Source: Candidatus Avibacteroides avistercoris (GTDB taxonomy: Bacteria; Bacteroidota; Bacteroidia; Bacteroidales; Bacteroidaceae). From it: a stretch of 45,094 nt of DNA. The stretch's first letter is position 1. Each line of letters begins with the position of its first letter. Made by a program: the position numbers and the translations under genes. A model generated the notes under the pieces. That model saw nothing but the letters and a program-made list of their open reading frames with translations, made no database searches and was not told where the DNA came from. This document shows positions 34,797-44,809 of the stretch, in pieces. Where the stretch lies: contig DWUP01000026.1 of NCBI GenBank assembly GCA_020012075.1, positions 1 through 45,094 of the forward strand. Reading direction: 5' to 3'.

Positions 34797-37088
34797 TCAA
34801 TCAAAAAAGCTTTCATTAAAGATTTGCCAGCCCAGCGTAATGCCAAAATTCCACGAGCTGGGATAGCGTGAATAGTTGATATAGGCACTGATAGCTGCAA
34901 ATGGCAGGACACAGACACCGGACAACTGGGCGAAGCAATTCAAGCGGGAGAAGAGCTTGCCATACTGTGCCATATTGAGGTTGGTCCTCTCGATCGGGAA
35001 TATGGGCAGAAATCCATATACCTCACCACGGATGTGAAACATGTCATTGAACCTGTAGATTGGTCTGACGCCGGCTGCGAGATATTGGTTGGCACGGAAC
35101 TCATCGTTGTAAGTGAGCTTGAGCTGGGCGGCCGGGGCAAACTGGCCGGCAGCGAGCATCGTGGCCGTATAGTTGTGAGAGAAATTGCGCGACGAATAAT
35201 AACCCTCTATGTAGGAGCCCAATGTCCAATGCTTGTTAATGGTGAAATAAGTCTCGTTTTTGTAAGTCACTTGCAGCCACGCCACCTTGTCCACGATTTG
35301 ATTGCCTACCGAGGGGTCTGCAGGGTCATAATACTCATGTCCGACATACACCTGAGCCGTGAGTTCGTCGCGACTGCCCTGAGTGGCAAATTGCTTGGAG
35401 TTTAAAGTATTACCGCCAAACAGCAATGAGCCGCCAAACAGACTGTAAGTACTCTTGTCACGCGTTATGTTGCCGAAATCTATGACACTCGACTGTGAAT
35501 AGGTGTCCACTTGTCTGGCACCGCCGAGGCTAATCTCTGCTTTCTTGTTAAGCATAAAGGGGAACGCGAGCTTCAATTTGACGAAACTCTCGACTTTACG
35601 GTTGATTGACGGCCTTTCACGCTTAAAGAACAGATTATCACTATTAAAATAGTCATAACTCGAGAATGATGCAATGACCCTATATGAGATTGGGATAGAT
35701 GTAGCAAAATCAAATTTGGCCATCAACTGCACATTGTTGTACACCCTGCCCAGCTGTCCTTCGAGCGAAAACTCTTTGGAATAATGATGCAGGTTCTTAT
35801 AGGAAGCACCTACATATATCTGGTTGGAGATATTGGATATGTGCCCGCCAAGACGTATGGAAAACGGAGTCCCCATCTTGACATCCAGATACATGTCATA
35901 GGCTTTGGCGTCAGGATTGTAGACAGCATGAGGAATGATCTCGGATATTATGCCGTCGGCAAGCAACTTGAAATAGCTCACCTTGAATTCTTCAAAAGTA
36001 AAAGAGTTTCTGGACTTGCCTGTGTTGTATATCTCGCGCTTTATATAGTCGCTTTGCTCTTCAGATGTCCCCGTGACATATATGTTTTTAAATACCAATT
36101 CGGGCAACCGCGCCTTGTACAATTCGCGACGCAAATCCATCTCAGCCTTGCTGACCCGTCTCGTGATGCGGCTTTTTATCGTGTCCATCATTGACATTGC
36201 CCTGTCATAGCCAATCTTGGATATCTGATTGACTTTATCGAAGTCGAGCAAATTGACATCCTTGAAATGGAATCTCATCATGATGTCTGAGGAGTCAGGC
36301 AGCGTATAGTCTGACTTCTGCATAATCATATTCTCCACTTGCCCTATAATGTCTTTCTCATCCGGTTTGCTCGGGTTAGAGGCTACGACACTACCTATTA
36401 TTATATCCGGATGAAAGTCTTCGACCATTACATCGGCGGGAAAGTTATTGTATATACCGCCATCATACACCAATGTCGAATCCTGCATTATCGGCTTGAA
36501 CACAAGCGGGAAACTCATCGACGCCCTCACAGCATCACCGAGGTCTCCACTGCGATAAATGACTTCGCGTTTGTGATAGACATCTGAAGCCACGCTCCTG
36601 AATGGCACGAACAAATCATCAAAATCACCACGGCACTGAGCCGTCGCACCGGCAAAGACATAGAGAAATGCAATGTTCATCTGCACCGGATTGACCAGAT
36701 TGGTAGGCAGGAAATGCTGCTTGCGCTGTGTCGAGTCCCGGAATGATATCTTGAGGTTGAAGAAATCAGGCGTAGCCTTGTCACGCTTGAAATAATATAT
36801 GTATTTGTCCTCTATTTGCCCGGAATACCAACGTTTGAAATCTTCTGACTTGACAAGGGTCTCCATCTCATCCGGCGAATACCCCATGGCATAGAGTGCA
36901 CCCACGATAGCCCCCATAGACGTGCCTGTTATGCAGTCAATGGGGATATCATTCTCTTCCAGAGCTTTGATGATGCCTATGTGTGCCAACCCCTTGGCCC
37001 CACCACCACTCAAGACCAATCCGACTTTCTGCGGACAGGCCGAGAGCGACAGGAGCAAAAGCAATATGGCTGCGAGGCATCGTCTCAT
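34797..37088 (-). CDS. patatin-like phospholipase with C-terminal Omp85-like beta-barrel region
   Basis: Signal peptide, oxyanion GGGAKG, nucleophile elbow GTSMG, and a long beta-rich C-terminal half ending in an aromatic-rich tail. Confidence 0.85.
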   Translation of the reverse strand: MRRCLAAILLLLLSLSACPQKVGLVLSGGGAKGLAHIGIIKALEENDIPIDCITGTSMGAIVGALYAMGYSPDEMETLVKSEDFKRWYSGQIEDKYIYYFKRDKATPDFFNLKISFRDSTQRKQHFLPTNLVNPVQMNIAFLYVFAGATAQCRGDFDDLFVPFRSVASDVYHKREVIYRSGDLGDAVRASMSFPLVFKPIMQDSTLVYDGGIYNNFPADVMVEDFHPDIIIGSVVASNPSKPDEKDIIGQVENMIMQKSDYTLPDSSDIMMRFHFKDVNLLDFDKVNQISKIGYDRAMSMMDTIKSRITRRVSKAEMDLRRELYKARLPELVFKNIYVTGTSEEQSDYIKREIYNTGKSRNSFTFEEFKVSYFKLLADGIISEIIPHAVYNPDAKAYDMYLDVKMGTPFSIRLGGHISNISNQIYVGASYKNLHHYSKEFSLEGQLGRVYNNVQLMAKFDFATSIPISYRVIASFSSYDYFNSDNLFFKRERPSINRKVESFVKLKLAFPFMLNKKAEISLGGARQVDTYSQSSVIDFGNITRDKSTYSLFGGSLLFGGNTLNSKQFATQGSRDELTAQVYVGHEYYDPADPSVGNQIVDKVAWLQVTYKNETYFTINKHWTLGSYIEGYYSSRNFSHNYTATMLAAGQFAPAAQLKLTYNDEFRANQYLAAGVRPIYRFNDMFHIRGEVYGFLPIFPIERTNLNMAQYGKLFSRLNCFAQLSGVCVLPFAAISAYINYSRYPSSWNFGITLGWQIFNESFFD

Positions 37089-37093
37089 GTCAT

Positions 37094-37567
37094 TTAATCA
37101 CCTGTTATTCTGATTATGTCCTGACTGACTTTTATTACAGTATAACGTTTCATAAAATTGTCACTGCCTGAGATTGGCGTGCCGCCATTGTTGAGATCAA
37201 ACCGTGCCCCGCATTTGGGACATGTAGCCTTGCCTCTGTCACCATCGTCGATGCGGACAGCCACACTGCGGTCTGCCTCGACGGGACATGCGCTGTCAAA
37301 GGCAAAGTACTCAAGCTCGCCATTAAAATCCATGACCGTGGACGACAACCCGACAATTATTCCGGCATAACCTATCGGATACCCATTCTGATAAGAAGAA
37401 ATCTCGATGAATTCACCCGGCGAACGCAAAGAGATATAGGCTGCTTGACGCATGTCGCAGTCAAGCGGCCTAAAGCTCCAATCGGGGATGGTAGTCTCAG
37501 CCTCTTTTGTACATGAAATGAGCAACAAAGATGCCGACAACAGCCAATATGCAATATTCTTAATCAT
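37094..37567 (-). CDS. hypothetical lipoprotein with degenerate Rieske-like fold
   Basis: Lipobox LLLISC. C-terminal DSACPVE...(22 aa)...CPKCGARFDLNNGGTPISG resembles the Rieske/NirD layout, but the His ligands are replaced. Confidence 0.5.
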   Translation of the reverse strand: MIKNIAYWLLSASLLLISCTKEAETTIPDWSFRPLDCDMRQAAYISLRSPGEFIEISSYQNGYPIGYAGIIVGLSSTVMDFNGELEYFAFDSACPVEADRSVAVRIDDGDRGKATCPKCGARFDLNNGGTPISGSDNFMKRYTVIKVSQDIIRITGD

Positions 37568-37973
37568 AATCTACCGATGCAATCATCGCGGCGAGTTTCT
37601 CAACAGCTTCTTCCAGCTTGCCTTTCATCAGGTTGCGTGTCAGGATATTGAGCTCGACCTTTATTGTCACGCGCGTCTTGCACGTGGTCTCATCGACCGG
37701 CACCAACTGTACCCACAAGTTGAACGACAATGGCGAGTCTGGAGAACCGAACTTGATAGTCTTGCAAGGCTCACGCTCGATTATTTCCAATGTCACCTTG
37801 CCTATCGGATCTATGGCTATCGCCACGCTGTCGGTGTCAAAAGTCAAGGATTTCACCTTGTCACGAGGAATTCTGTCTTTGACTTTCTCCAGATTTCTCA
37901 GATCCGACAGCTTGGCATAGACCTTATCCTGAGGATACGGGATGACCTTGATGCTACTTTCAAATTTATCCAT
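37560..37973 (-). CDS. SRPBCC (START/Bet v1/CoxG-like) family protein
   Basis: 137 aa. MDKFESSIKVIPYPQDKVYAKLSDLRNLEKV and an alternating beta/helix pattern typical of SRPBCC. 8-nt overlap with the downstream gene. Confidence 0.6.
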   Translation of the reverse strand: MDKFESSIKVIPYPQDKVYAKLSDLRNLEKVKDRIPRDKVKSLTFDTDSVAIAIDPIGKVTLEIIEREPCKTIKFGSPDSPLSFNLWVQLVPVDETTCKTRVTIKVELNILTRNLMKGKLEEAVEKLAAMIASVDYD

Positions 37974-37980
37974 CGCCGGT

Positions 37981-38613
37981 TTATTTACCCCACTCAGAGG
38001 GATTTTTCCTCCATTCGTGGAGCGTGTCTATTTGTTCCTCGGTGATATATCCAGTGCTGGCAGCCGTTTCAACGACCGCTTCGTAATCTGTGAGGGTGAG
38101 CAGCTTGACATCGGCCTTTTCAAAAGCCGCCTTGGCCACCGGGAAACCATAGGTGTAAGCGGCTACCATCCCGACCACCGTGCTGCCCATGCCTCTCAAA
38201 GCCTCTACGGCCTTAAGGCTGCTGCCGCCTGTCGAAATCAAATCCTCAACAACCACGACCTTTGAGCCTTCTGGCAGATAACCCTCTACGAGATTGCCAA
38301 GGCCATGATCTTTCTGCGAAGACCGGACATAGACGAATGGCAATCCGAGTGCATCGGCTACCAATGCCCCTTGTGCTATCGCCCCGGTTGCAACACCGGC
38401 TACAACCTCAGCATCGGGGAAGTTTGATTTGACCAGTTTGACGAATTCCTCTTTTATATATGTCCTCAATGCAGGATATGAAAGTGTCTTGCGATTGTCG
38501 CAATAGAAAGGAGATTTCCATCCCGAAGCCCAAGTAAATGGTGCTTGCGGTTGCAGTTTAATGGCTTTTATGGCCAGCAGTTCTTTGGCCAATTGTTGCT
38601 TGACGTTTGACAT
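37981..38613 (-). CDS. pyrE: orotate phosphoribosyltransferase
   Basis: PRPP-binding motif VVVVEDLISTGGSS. FTWASGWKSPFYCDNR is typical of the PyrE N-terminus. Confidence 0.95.
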   Translation of the reverse strand: MSNVKQQLAKELLAIKAIKLQPQAPFTWASGWKSPFYCDNRKTLSYPALRTYIKEEFVKLVKSNFPDAEVVAGVATGAIAQGALVADALGLPFVYVRSSQKDHGLGNLVEGYLPEGSKVVVVEDLISTGGSSLKAVEALRGMGSTVVGMVAAYTYGFPVAKAAFEKADVKLLTLTDYEAVVETAASTGYITEEQIDTLHEWRKNPSEWGK

Positions 38614-38625
38614 TTCTTCTGTTGT

Positions 38626-41367
38626 TTAATTGTTTTTGAAAAAATCCGGCTTCTTTTTCCTGGCCTCGTCCAAAGATAAGAGTTCGGGACGTGACGAACT
38701 GTAGGAAGCCCTTATTTTATTATATGTTTCACTTATTTCATCAATATATGAGGTCGAAGTGGCTCTATCCAATAATCTCTTCAATACAGGTACGTTCTGT
38801 GAAGCATCCTTGACATAGGCCACAGGCCCCGAATATTCGGGAGCTATCTTGATGGCCGTGTGTTTCAGTGACGTTGTCGCTCCACCGATGAGTACCGGTA
38901 TGCGAAGTCCTGCCTTTTCCATCTGACGCACCACATTCACCATCTCAGACAATGACGGGGTAATCAATCCGCTCAGACCGACGGCATCGGCCTGCGTCTC
39001 GATAGCAGCCTTGACAATGTCGTCAGCAGGCACCATAACGCCCAAATCTATCACATCAAAATTATTGCAGGCCATCACTACCGAGACAATATTCTTGCCT
39101 ATGTCATGCACGTCGCCCTTAACCGTTGCCAAAAGGATTCGGCCATTTGAGTGCGCAGAAGATGTTTTTCCTTGCTCAATATATGGCTGCAATATCTCTA
39201 CTGCCCTTTTCATCGTCCTTGCCGTCTTGACTATTTGCGGCAAAAACATCTTGCCAGTCGAAAACAGTTCCCCCACGATGTTCATTCCGTCCATCAATGG
39301 TCCCTCGATTATCTCAATGGGTGTGTCATAAGATTTCAAGGCTTCATGCAAATCTTCATCCAAATAATCGACGATGCCGTGCTGTAACGAATAAATCAGC
39401 CTATCTACCACACTCGACGAACGCCACTTGGTCTTGTCAAGTCCATCGTCGGCGACAGTTGTACCGGCCAATTTCAGTACATCTGCCAAAGCATTTTCCC
39501 TACGACACAGTATGAAATCTTCCAAAATACCAACTTGTTCTGAAGTCAAGTCCGAATATGCTACTTTAGAATAAGGATTGACTATTCCCATAGTCATACC
39601 CTTTTTTATTGCAAGGTCAAGGAAGACTGCGTGTATCGCCTCACGCAAGAAGTTATTTCCACGGAAAGCAAAAGACAAATTGCTCACCCCGCCACTGATA
39701 TTCACCTGCGGGTAATGCAAATGTATCCACTCCACCGCTCTCAAATAATCCAATGCATATCTGTCATGTTCTCTAATCCCTGTCCCTATGGCTAATATAT
39801 TTGGGTCAAAGATTATGTCGGCAGGCTTCATGCCCACCTTATTCACAAGCAAGTCATAAGAACGTGAACAAATCTCCACCCTACGTTCGAAGGTGTCGGC
39901 CTGTCCCTTTTCGTCAAAAGCCATCACAACTACGGCCGCTCCCAACGAAACTGCATCGCAAGCCCTCTTGATGAAAACATCTTCACCATCTTTCAATGAG
40001 ATGGAATTGACTATAGACTTGCCCTGCAAACACCTGAGGGCTGCCATGATTACATCCCAATCAGACGAATCAACCATAATTGGCACACGTGCTATGTCCG
40101 GATCTGAAGCCAACAAGTTAAGGAAATTGACCATCTCAGACTTGACATCCAACATGCCGTCATCCATATTGACATCGAGAATCTGCGCCCCATTCTCCAC
40201 TTGTTCCCTTGCGATATGTAGGGCTTCATCATAGTTCCGCTCTTTTATCAACCTTAGGAATTTTCTCGACCCCGCAACATTGCAACGCTCGCCTATGTTT
40301 ACAAAATTAAACTCGGGCTTCACTTCGAGCACTTCCAAACCCGACAACACCAGATGCCCTGCCGCCACATTAGGTTTATGGACCTTGGCTTTACCTATAA
40401 TGGACGAATATTTACTTATGTGAGCATCTGTAGTACCGCAACAGCCTCCCACGACATTCACATATCCGCCAGACAAGATTTCCTCCAAGTCTCTTGCCAT
40501 ATCATCAGGAGTCTGCTCGTATTGGCCAAATTCATTGGGCAAACCGGCATTGGGATAGGCAGTCACATAGCATGATGCTATTGCCGACAACTGCTTGATA
40601 AAGGGCAACATCTGTTTTGCACCAAATGAGCAATTCAGCCCGACAGAGAATATGTCATAACCGGACACCGAGGCACAGAAAGCCTCAAGCGTCTGTCCCG
40701 ACAATGTCCTGCCCGATTGCCCCATGATTGTCACCGAGAGCATGATAGGGACATGCTTCCCGACAGTCTCCATTGCCATGCGGGCAGCATAAATTGCTGC
40801 TTTGGCATTGAGTGTATCAAATATTGTCTCTATCAACAGGGCATCAATTCCCTCTGAAATCAAGACCTCCATCTGTTCTTGATATGCAGTGGCCAATTCA
40901 GAGAAGTCTATCGCTCTCGCAGCCGGGTTGTCCACATCCGGCGAGATGGAGCAAGACTTGTTTGTGGGTCCCACCGAGCCAACCACAAAACGAGGTTTGG
41001 ATGGGGTATTCTCTGTATATGCTTCGGCCAAGTCACGCGCTATCCTGACAGCCGAGGCATTCATCATCCCGACATAGTCCTCAAGGCCATAATCTGACAT
41101 CGATATGCGGTTGGCATTAAAAGTATTGGTCTCGATTATGTCTGCTCCTGCTTCAAGATACTTGCGATGTATGTCTTTGATTACTTCCGGTTTGGTGATA
41201 CAGAGCAAGTCGTTGCACCCTTTCAACAAACAATGGTGTCCCGCAAACTCAGTACCTCTGAAATCGTCCTCACTCAGTTTGTATTGCTGGATCATTGTGC
41301 CCATCGCACCATCGAGGATGAGTACCCTCTCCTTTATCTCTTCTTGCAAACCCCTCATTTTATTCAC
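38626..41367 (-). CDS. metH: cobalamin-dependent methionine synthase, short form lacking the AdoMet activation domain
   Basis: Hcy-binding region ([16 protein letters not shown]), pterin-binding barrel, and B12 cap plus [10 protein letters not shown] (DxHxxG). At 913 aa it ends about where the E. coli MetH activation domain begins. Confidence 0.9.
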   Translation of the reverse strand: MNKMRGLQEEIKERVLILDGAMGTMIQQYKLSEDDFRGTEFAGHHCLLKGCNDLLCITKPEVIKDIHRKYLEAGADIIETNTFNANRISMSDYGLEDYVGMMNASAVRIARDLAEAYTENTPSKPRFVVGSVGPTNKSCSISPDVDNPAARAIDFSELATAYQEQMEVLISEGIDALLIETIFDTLNAKAAIYAARMAMETVGKHVPIMLSVTIMGQSGRTLSGQTLEAFCASVSGYDIFSVGLNCSFGAKQMLPFIKQLSAIASCYVTAYPNAGLPNEFGQYEQTPDDMARDLEEILSGGYVNVVGGCCGTTDAHISKYSSIIGKAKVHKPNVAAGHLVLSGLEVLEVKPEFNFVNIGERCNVAGSRKFLRLIKERNYDEALHIAREQVENGAQILDVNMDDGMLDVKSEMVNFLNLLASDPDIARVPIMVDSSDWDVIMAALRCLQGKSIVNSISLKDGEDVFIKRACDAVSLGAAVVVMAFDEKGQADTFERRVEICSRSYDLLVNKVGMKPADIIFDPNILAIGTGIREHDRYALDYLRAVEWIHLHYPQVNISGGVSNLSFAFRGNNFLREAIHAVFLDLAIKKGMTMGIVNPYSKVAYSDLTSEQVGILEDFILCRRENALADVLKLAGTTVADDGLDKTKWRSSSVVDRLIYSLQHGIVDYLDEDLHEALKSYDTPIEIIEGPLMDGMNIVGELFSTGKMFLPQIVKTARTMKRAVEILQPYIEQGKTSSAHSNGRILLATVKGDVHDIGKNIVSVVMACNNFDVIDLGVMVPADDIVKAAIETQADAVGLSGLITPSLSEMVNVVRQMEKAGLRIPVLIGGATTSLKHTAIKIAPEYSGPVAYVKDASQNVPVLKRLLDRATSTSYIDEISETYNKIRASYSSSRPELLSLDEARKKKPDFFKNN

Positions 41368-41831
41368 TTTTTGAGAAACCTGTCCATATATCTCTTGTCA
41401 TCACGTTCCTTGATAGCCTCACGCTTGTCATACAGTTTTTTACCCTTGGCCAGAGCTATCACCAGCTTGGCTAAGCCATGATTGTTGATATATAGCTTCA
41501 CCGGCACAATAGTAAATCCACTTTCCTTCACTTGCCTTTGCAGTTTCATCAATTCCTTCTTCTGCAACAGCAATTTACGGTCACGGCGGCTGGCGTGATT
41601 ATTATAAGAGCCATAGAAATACTCTGACACATTCATATTTTTGACCCATAACTCATTGCGTGAGAAATAGCAGAACGTGTCCACCAGACTTGCCTTACCG
41701 AGACGAATGGACTTTATTTCCGTTCCGGTCAATACTATGCCCGCCGTATACTGATCAATGAAATCATAGTCAAAGGTAGCACGGCGGTTTTTTATGTTTA
41801 TATCACTTGTCTTAAACAAACCCTTGCCCAT
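41364..41831 (-). CDS. smpB: SsrA-binding protein
   Basis: [18 protein letters not shown] and [21 protein letters not shown] motifs. ATGA overlap with the metH start. Confidence 0.95.
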   Translation of the reverse strand: MGKGLFKTSDINIKNRRATFDYDFIDQYTAGIVLTGTEIKSIRLGKASLVDTFCYFSRNELWVKNMNVSEYFYGSYNNHASRRDRKLLLQKKELMKLQRQVKESGFTIVPVKLYINNHGLAKLVIALAKGKKLYDKREAIKERDDKRYMDRFLKK

Positions 41832-41835
41832 AGGC

Positions 41836-42417
41836 CTACATGAATTTGTTGAATAATAAATAGGTTACGCCGGCGACACCGACCATGGAAACAAAAGCCA
41901 TGACGGTGAACACAAGCTTTTTGTTGTCATCTAATTTAAATAAGCAGCCACAACCCTCCCAGATGAGATACATAGTGTAAACCTGGCACAGCCAAACCAA
42001 AATCTTGAAATCGACAGGAAAAGCCAGAACAGTATAGGTCACACATAGTACAGTCATAGAATAAGCCACCAACTTATATATGGCCGCCTCCTCCTTTGAA
42101 TCAAAGTCAAACAAAGCCCTTGCCACTTTGCCCAGCATAAATACTGACACAAAAAACGAAACAATAATCGGGACACATGTGACACAGCAGCCTATCAAGG
42201 CCTCCCTGAACATAACAAAAGGATGTGCGGCATCATCGCCGACCCATTCAGTTATCAATATTGCCAAAAACGATATAGTCCCTGCCAATCCCGCCAATGG
42301 ATAGAAGTATGAGCCCATCACATCGACGCCACCCTCCTCTTTTGCTATTTCTCTCCATGTCGATGATGGTTTGAACAGCAATGAGATAAACCTGTTATAC
42401 AGCCATTTGTAATTCAT
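41836..42417 (-). CDS. Yip1/DUF1282-like integral membrane protein
   Basis: 193 aa. N-terminal soluble segment ...[16 protein letters not shown] followed by five TM helices. Confidence 0.5.
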   Translation of the reverse strand: MNYKWLYNRFISLLFKPSSTWREIAKEEGGVDVMGSYFYPLAGLAGTISFLAILITEWVGDDAAHPFVMFREALIGCCVTCVPIIVSFFVSVFMLGKVARALFDFDSKEEAAIYKLVAYSMTVLCVTYTVLAFPVDFKILVWLCQVYTMYLIWEGCGCLFKLDDNKKLVFTVMAFVSMVGVAGVTYLLFNKFM

Positions 42418-42917
42418 CGCACTATTTCATCTACGAATTGGTTGATATTGTCATCCACATACGCGGCTATCGTGTTTGTAAAGTCAGGTTCGAGTTCTAT
42501 AAACTCATCTTGAAGCGGATCAAACTGTTCGTATTGCTCATACATGGCCATAAATTCATCATCATCCCTTTCACGTTCCAGATCATCTCTGTTTGCCCTG
42601 TAAATTTCATTGGCTTTATTAACCAATACTGCCAGTCTCGCAACGCCAAACAAACGCATTGACTTGGCAAAAGGATTATAAAATATGTATGGACCGTACC
42701 CATTCTGTATAAGTTGAATAAAGCCCCCCTCCATGACTTCATCCCTGAACACCGAATAAGCCATCAAAGCATTCTGATAGCCATTCAGTCTCATGATAGC
42801 CTCAGCATTCAGACAGTCGCCGGCAGCCCGTCTTATACCGTCCACAATCACCTCAAGAAACTTGTCTGCACCCGAAGCAGCAGCCTTGCACAACTCTGCG
42901 TCACTCACACTAACCAT
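42414..42917 (-). CDS. DUF4375 / DMP19-like (DNA-mimic protein family) domain protein
   Basis: ORF trimmed to the ATG at 42917, which has a -7 box 22 nt upstream. EVMEGGFIQLIQNGYG matches the family signature E-V-x-N-G-G-F-x-Q as I recall it. The C-terminus is acidic. Confidence 0.5.
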   Translation of the reverse strand: MVSVSDAELCKAAASGADKFLEVIVDGIRRAAGDCLNAEAIMRLNGYQNALMAYSVFRDEVMEGGFIQLIQNGYGPYIFYNPFAKSMRLFGVARLAVLVNKANEIYRANRDDLERERDDDEFMAMYEQYEQFDPLQDEFIELEPDFTNTIAAYVDDNINQFVDEIVR

Positions 42918-42938
42918 AAAATACTCTATTGTAACGGG

Positions 42939-42946
42939 CAAAGATA
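42939..42946 (-). promoter_or_regulatory. putative -7 box TATCTTTG for the DMP19-like ... patatin gene string
   Basis: Minus-strand TAnnTTTG match, 22 nt upstream of the ATG at 42917. Confidence 0.45.
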
Positions 42947-42983
42947 AATATTTTAAAATAGAGGGCAAAAAGCCCCATTCCAT

Positions 42984-43014
42984 TTTGAGATTAATTGTAA
43001 AAAGAATACTTTTG
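42984..43014 (+). promoter_or_regulatory. putative Bacteroidetes promoter (-33 TTTG / -7 TACTTTTG) for the NifU-like + GGGtGRT operon
   Basis: TTTG at 42984-42987 and TACTTTTG at 43007-43014 are separated by 19 nt. The -7 box is 40 nt upstream of the ATG at 43055. Confidence 0.5.
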
Positions 43015-43054
43015 TCCTCATAAAAATTCTTCTTTTACTTATAATCAAACAATT

Positions 43055-43756
43055 ATGACCTATTCACACGAAGTAGAACACATGTGTGTTGTAAAGAAAG
43101 GTCCCAACCACGGACCAGCTCCAATCCCGGAAGAGGGGAAGTGGATCAAATCCAAAGAAATCAAAGACATATCCGGACTGACTCACGGTGTGGGATGGTG
43201 TGCACCGCAACAAGGAGCATGCAAGCTGACACTCAACGTCAAGGAAGGTGTTATCCAAGAGGCACTCGTCGAGACACTCGGCTGCTCGGGCATGACACAC
43301 TCTGCGGCTATGGCTGCCGAAATCCTGCCGGGCAAGACTATCCTCGAGGCACTCAACACCGACCTCGTGTGCGATGCCATCAACACAGCCATGCGTGAAC
43401 TCTTCTTGCAGATTGTCTATGGACGCACGCAGTCAGCTTTCTCCGAGGGCGGTCTGATGATTGGCGCAGGACTCGAAGACCTCGGCAAGGGACTCCGCAG
43501 CCAAGTCGGCACACTCTATGGCACGCTCGCCAAAGGCCCGCGCTATCTGGAGATGACCGAAGGCTACATCAAGCGCGTAGCTTTGGACAAAAATGATGAG
43601 ATCTGCGGATACGAATTTGTCCACCTCGGTAAGTTCATGGAGGAGATCAAGAAAGGGACAGATGCCAACGAAGCACTCAAGAAAGTCACCGGCACTTACG
43701 GACGCTTCACACCCGAGGCAGGTGCAGTCAAATACATCGATCCACGTCAAGAATAA
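43055..43756 (+). CDS. NifU/IscU-N-like iron-sulfur scaffold-related protein (partner of GGGtGRT proteins)
   Basis: 233 aa. Cys-containing segments GVGWCAPQQGACKL and ETLGCSGMTHSAAMAAEIL resemble the IscU-like fold. Immediately upstream of a GGGtGRT gene. Confidence 0.6.
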   Translation: MTYSHEVEHMCVVKKGPNHGPAPIPEEGKWIKSKEIKDISGLTHGVGWCAPQQGACKLTLNVKEGVIQEALVETLGCSGMTHSAAMAAEILPGKTILEALNTDLVCDAINTAMRELFLQIVYGRTQSAFSEGGLMIGAGLEDLGKGLRSQVGTLYGTLAKGPRYLEMTEGYIKRVALDKNDEICGYEFVHLGKFMEEIKKGTDANEALKKVTGTYGRFTPEAGAVKYIDPRQE

Positions 43757-43774
43757 TAAGAGGAGGAGACAACT

Positions 43775-44785
43775 ATGATTAGAGAAGTGAAATTTGAAAG
43801 TCAAGACAGACGCATCAAACAAATATTGGCTGCACTCAACCAGTACGGCATCAAAGACATCGAGGAAGCTAACGCCATCTGCGACCAATACGGCCTCGAT
43901 CCTTACAAGACTTGTGAGGAGACACAGCCTATCTGCTTCGAGAATGCCAAGTGGGCATACGTGGTCGGCACGGCCATTGCCCTCAAAAAAGGCTGCAAGA
44001 CTGCTGCCGAGGCTGCTGAAGCCATCGGCGTAGGTCTCCAGTCATTCTGCATCCCCGGCTCGGTAGCCGATGACCGCAAAGTAGGTCTCGGTCATGGCAA
44101 CCTCGCAGCCATGTTGCTCCGTGAGGAGACCAAATGCTTCGCATTCCTCGCAGGCCACGAGTCATTCGCAGCTGCCGAAGGTGCCATCAAGATTGCTGCC
44201 AAGGCAGACAAAGTGCGTAAAGAGCCGCTCCGCTGCATCCTCAACGGTCTGGGCAAGGACGCTGCACAAATCATCTCACGCATCAACGGTTTCACCTACG
44301 TACAGACTGAGTTCGACTATTTCACAGGCGAATTGAAAGTCGTGAGAGAAATCGCCTACTCAGACGGCCCGCGCGCCAAAGTGCGCTGCTATGGGGCTGA
44401 CGATGTGCGCGAGGGTGTCGCTATCATGTGGAAAGAGGGCGTAGACGTGTCAATCACAGGCAACTCTACCAACCCCACACGTTTCCAACACCCCGTTGCC
44501 GGCACTTACAAGAAAGAGCGTGTCGCAGCAGGCAAGCCCTACTTCTCGGTGGCATCAGGCGGTGGCACGGGACGTACGCTCCACCCCGACAACATGGCTG
44601 CCGGCCCGGCATCCTACGGCATGACCGACACTATGGGACGTATGCACAGCGACGCACAGTTCGCCGGCTCGTCTTCAGTCCCGGCACACGTCGAGATGAT
44701 GGGCTTCCTCGGCATCGGCAACAACCCGATGGTAGGCTGCACCGTCGCTTGCGCAGTCGATGCTGCTACGGCGTTGAACAAATAA
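43775..44785 (+). CDS. GGGtGRT family protein (function unknown)
   Basis: 336 aa and contains the eponymous motif SGGGTGRTLHP. AGGAGG lies 8 nt upstream of the ATG. Confidence 0.8.
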   Translation: MIREVKFESQDRRIKQILAALNQYGIKDIEEANAICDQYGLDPYKTCEETQPICFENAKWAYVVGTAIALKKGCKTAAEAAEAIGVGLQSFCIPGSVADDRKVGLGHGNLAAMLLREETKCFAFLAGHESFAAAEGAIKIAAKADKVRKEPLRCILNGLGKDAAQIISRINGFTYVQTEFDYFTGELKVVREIAYSDGPRAKVRCYGADDVREGVAIMWKEGVDVSITGNSTNPTRFQHPVAGTYKKERVAAGKPYFSVASGGGTGRTLHPDNMAAGPASYGMTDTMGRMHSDAQFAGSSSVPAHVEMMGFLGIGNNPMVGCTVACAVDAATALNK

Positions 44786-44809
44786 TGGGACCTGAACATT
44801 AATAAAGAT

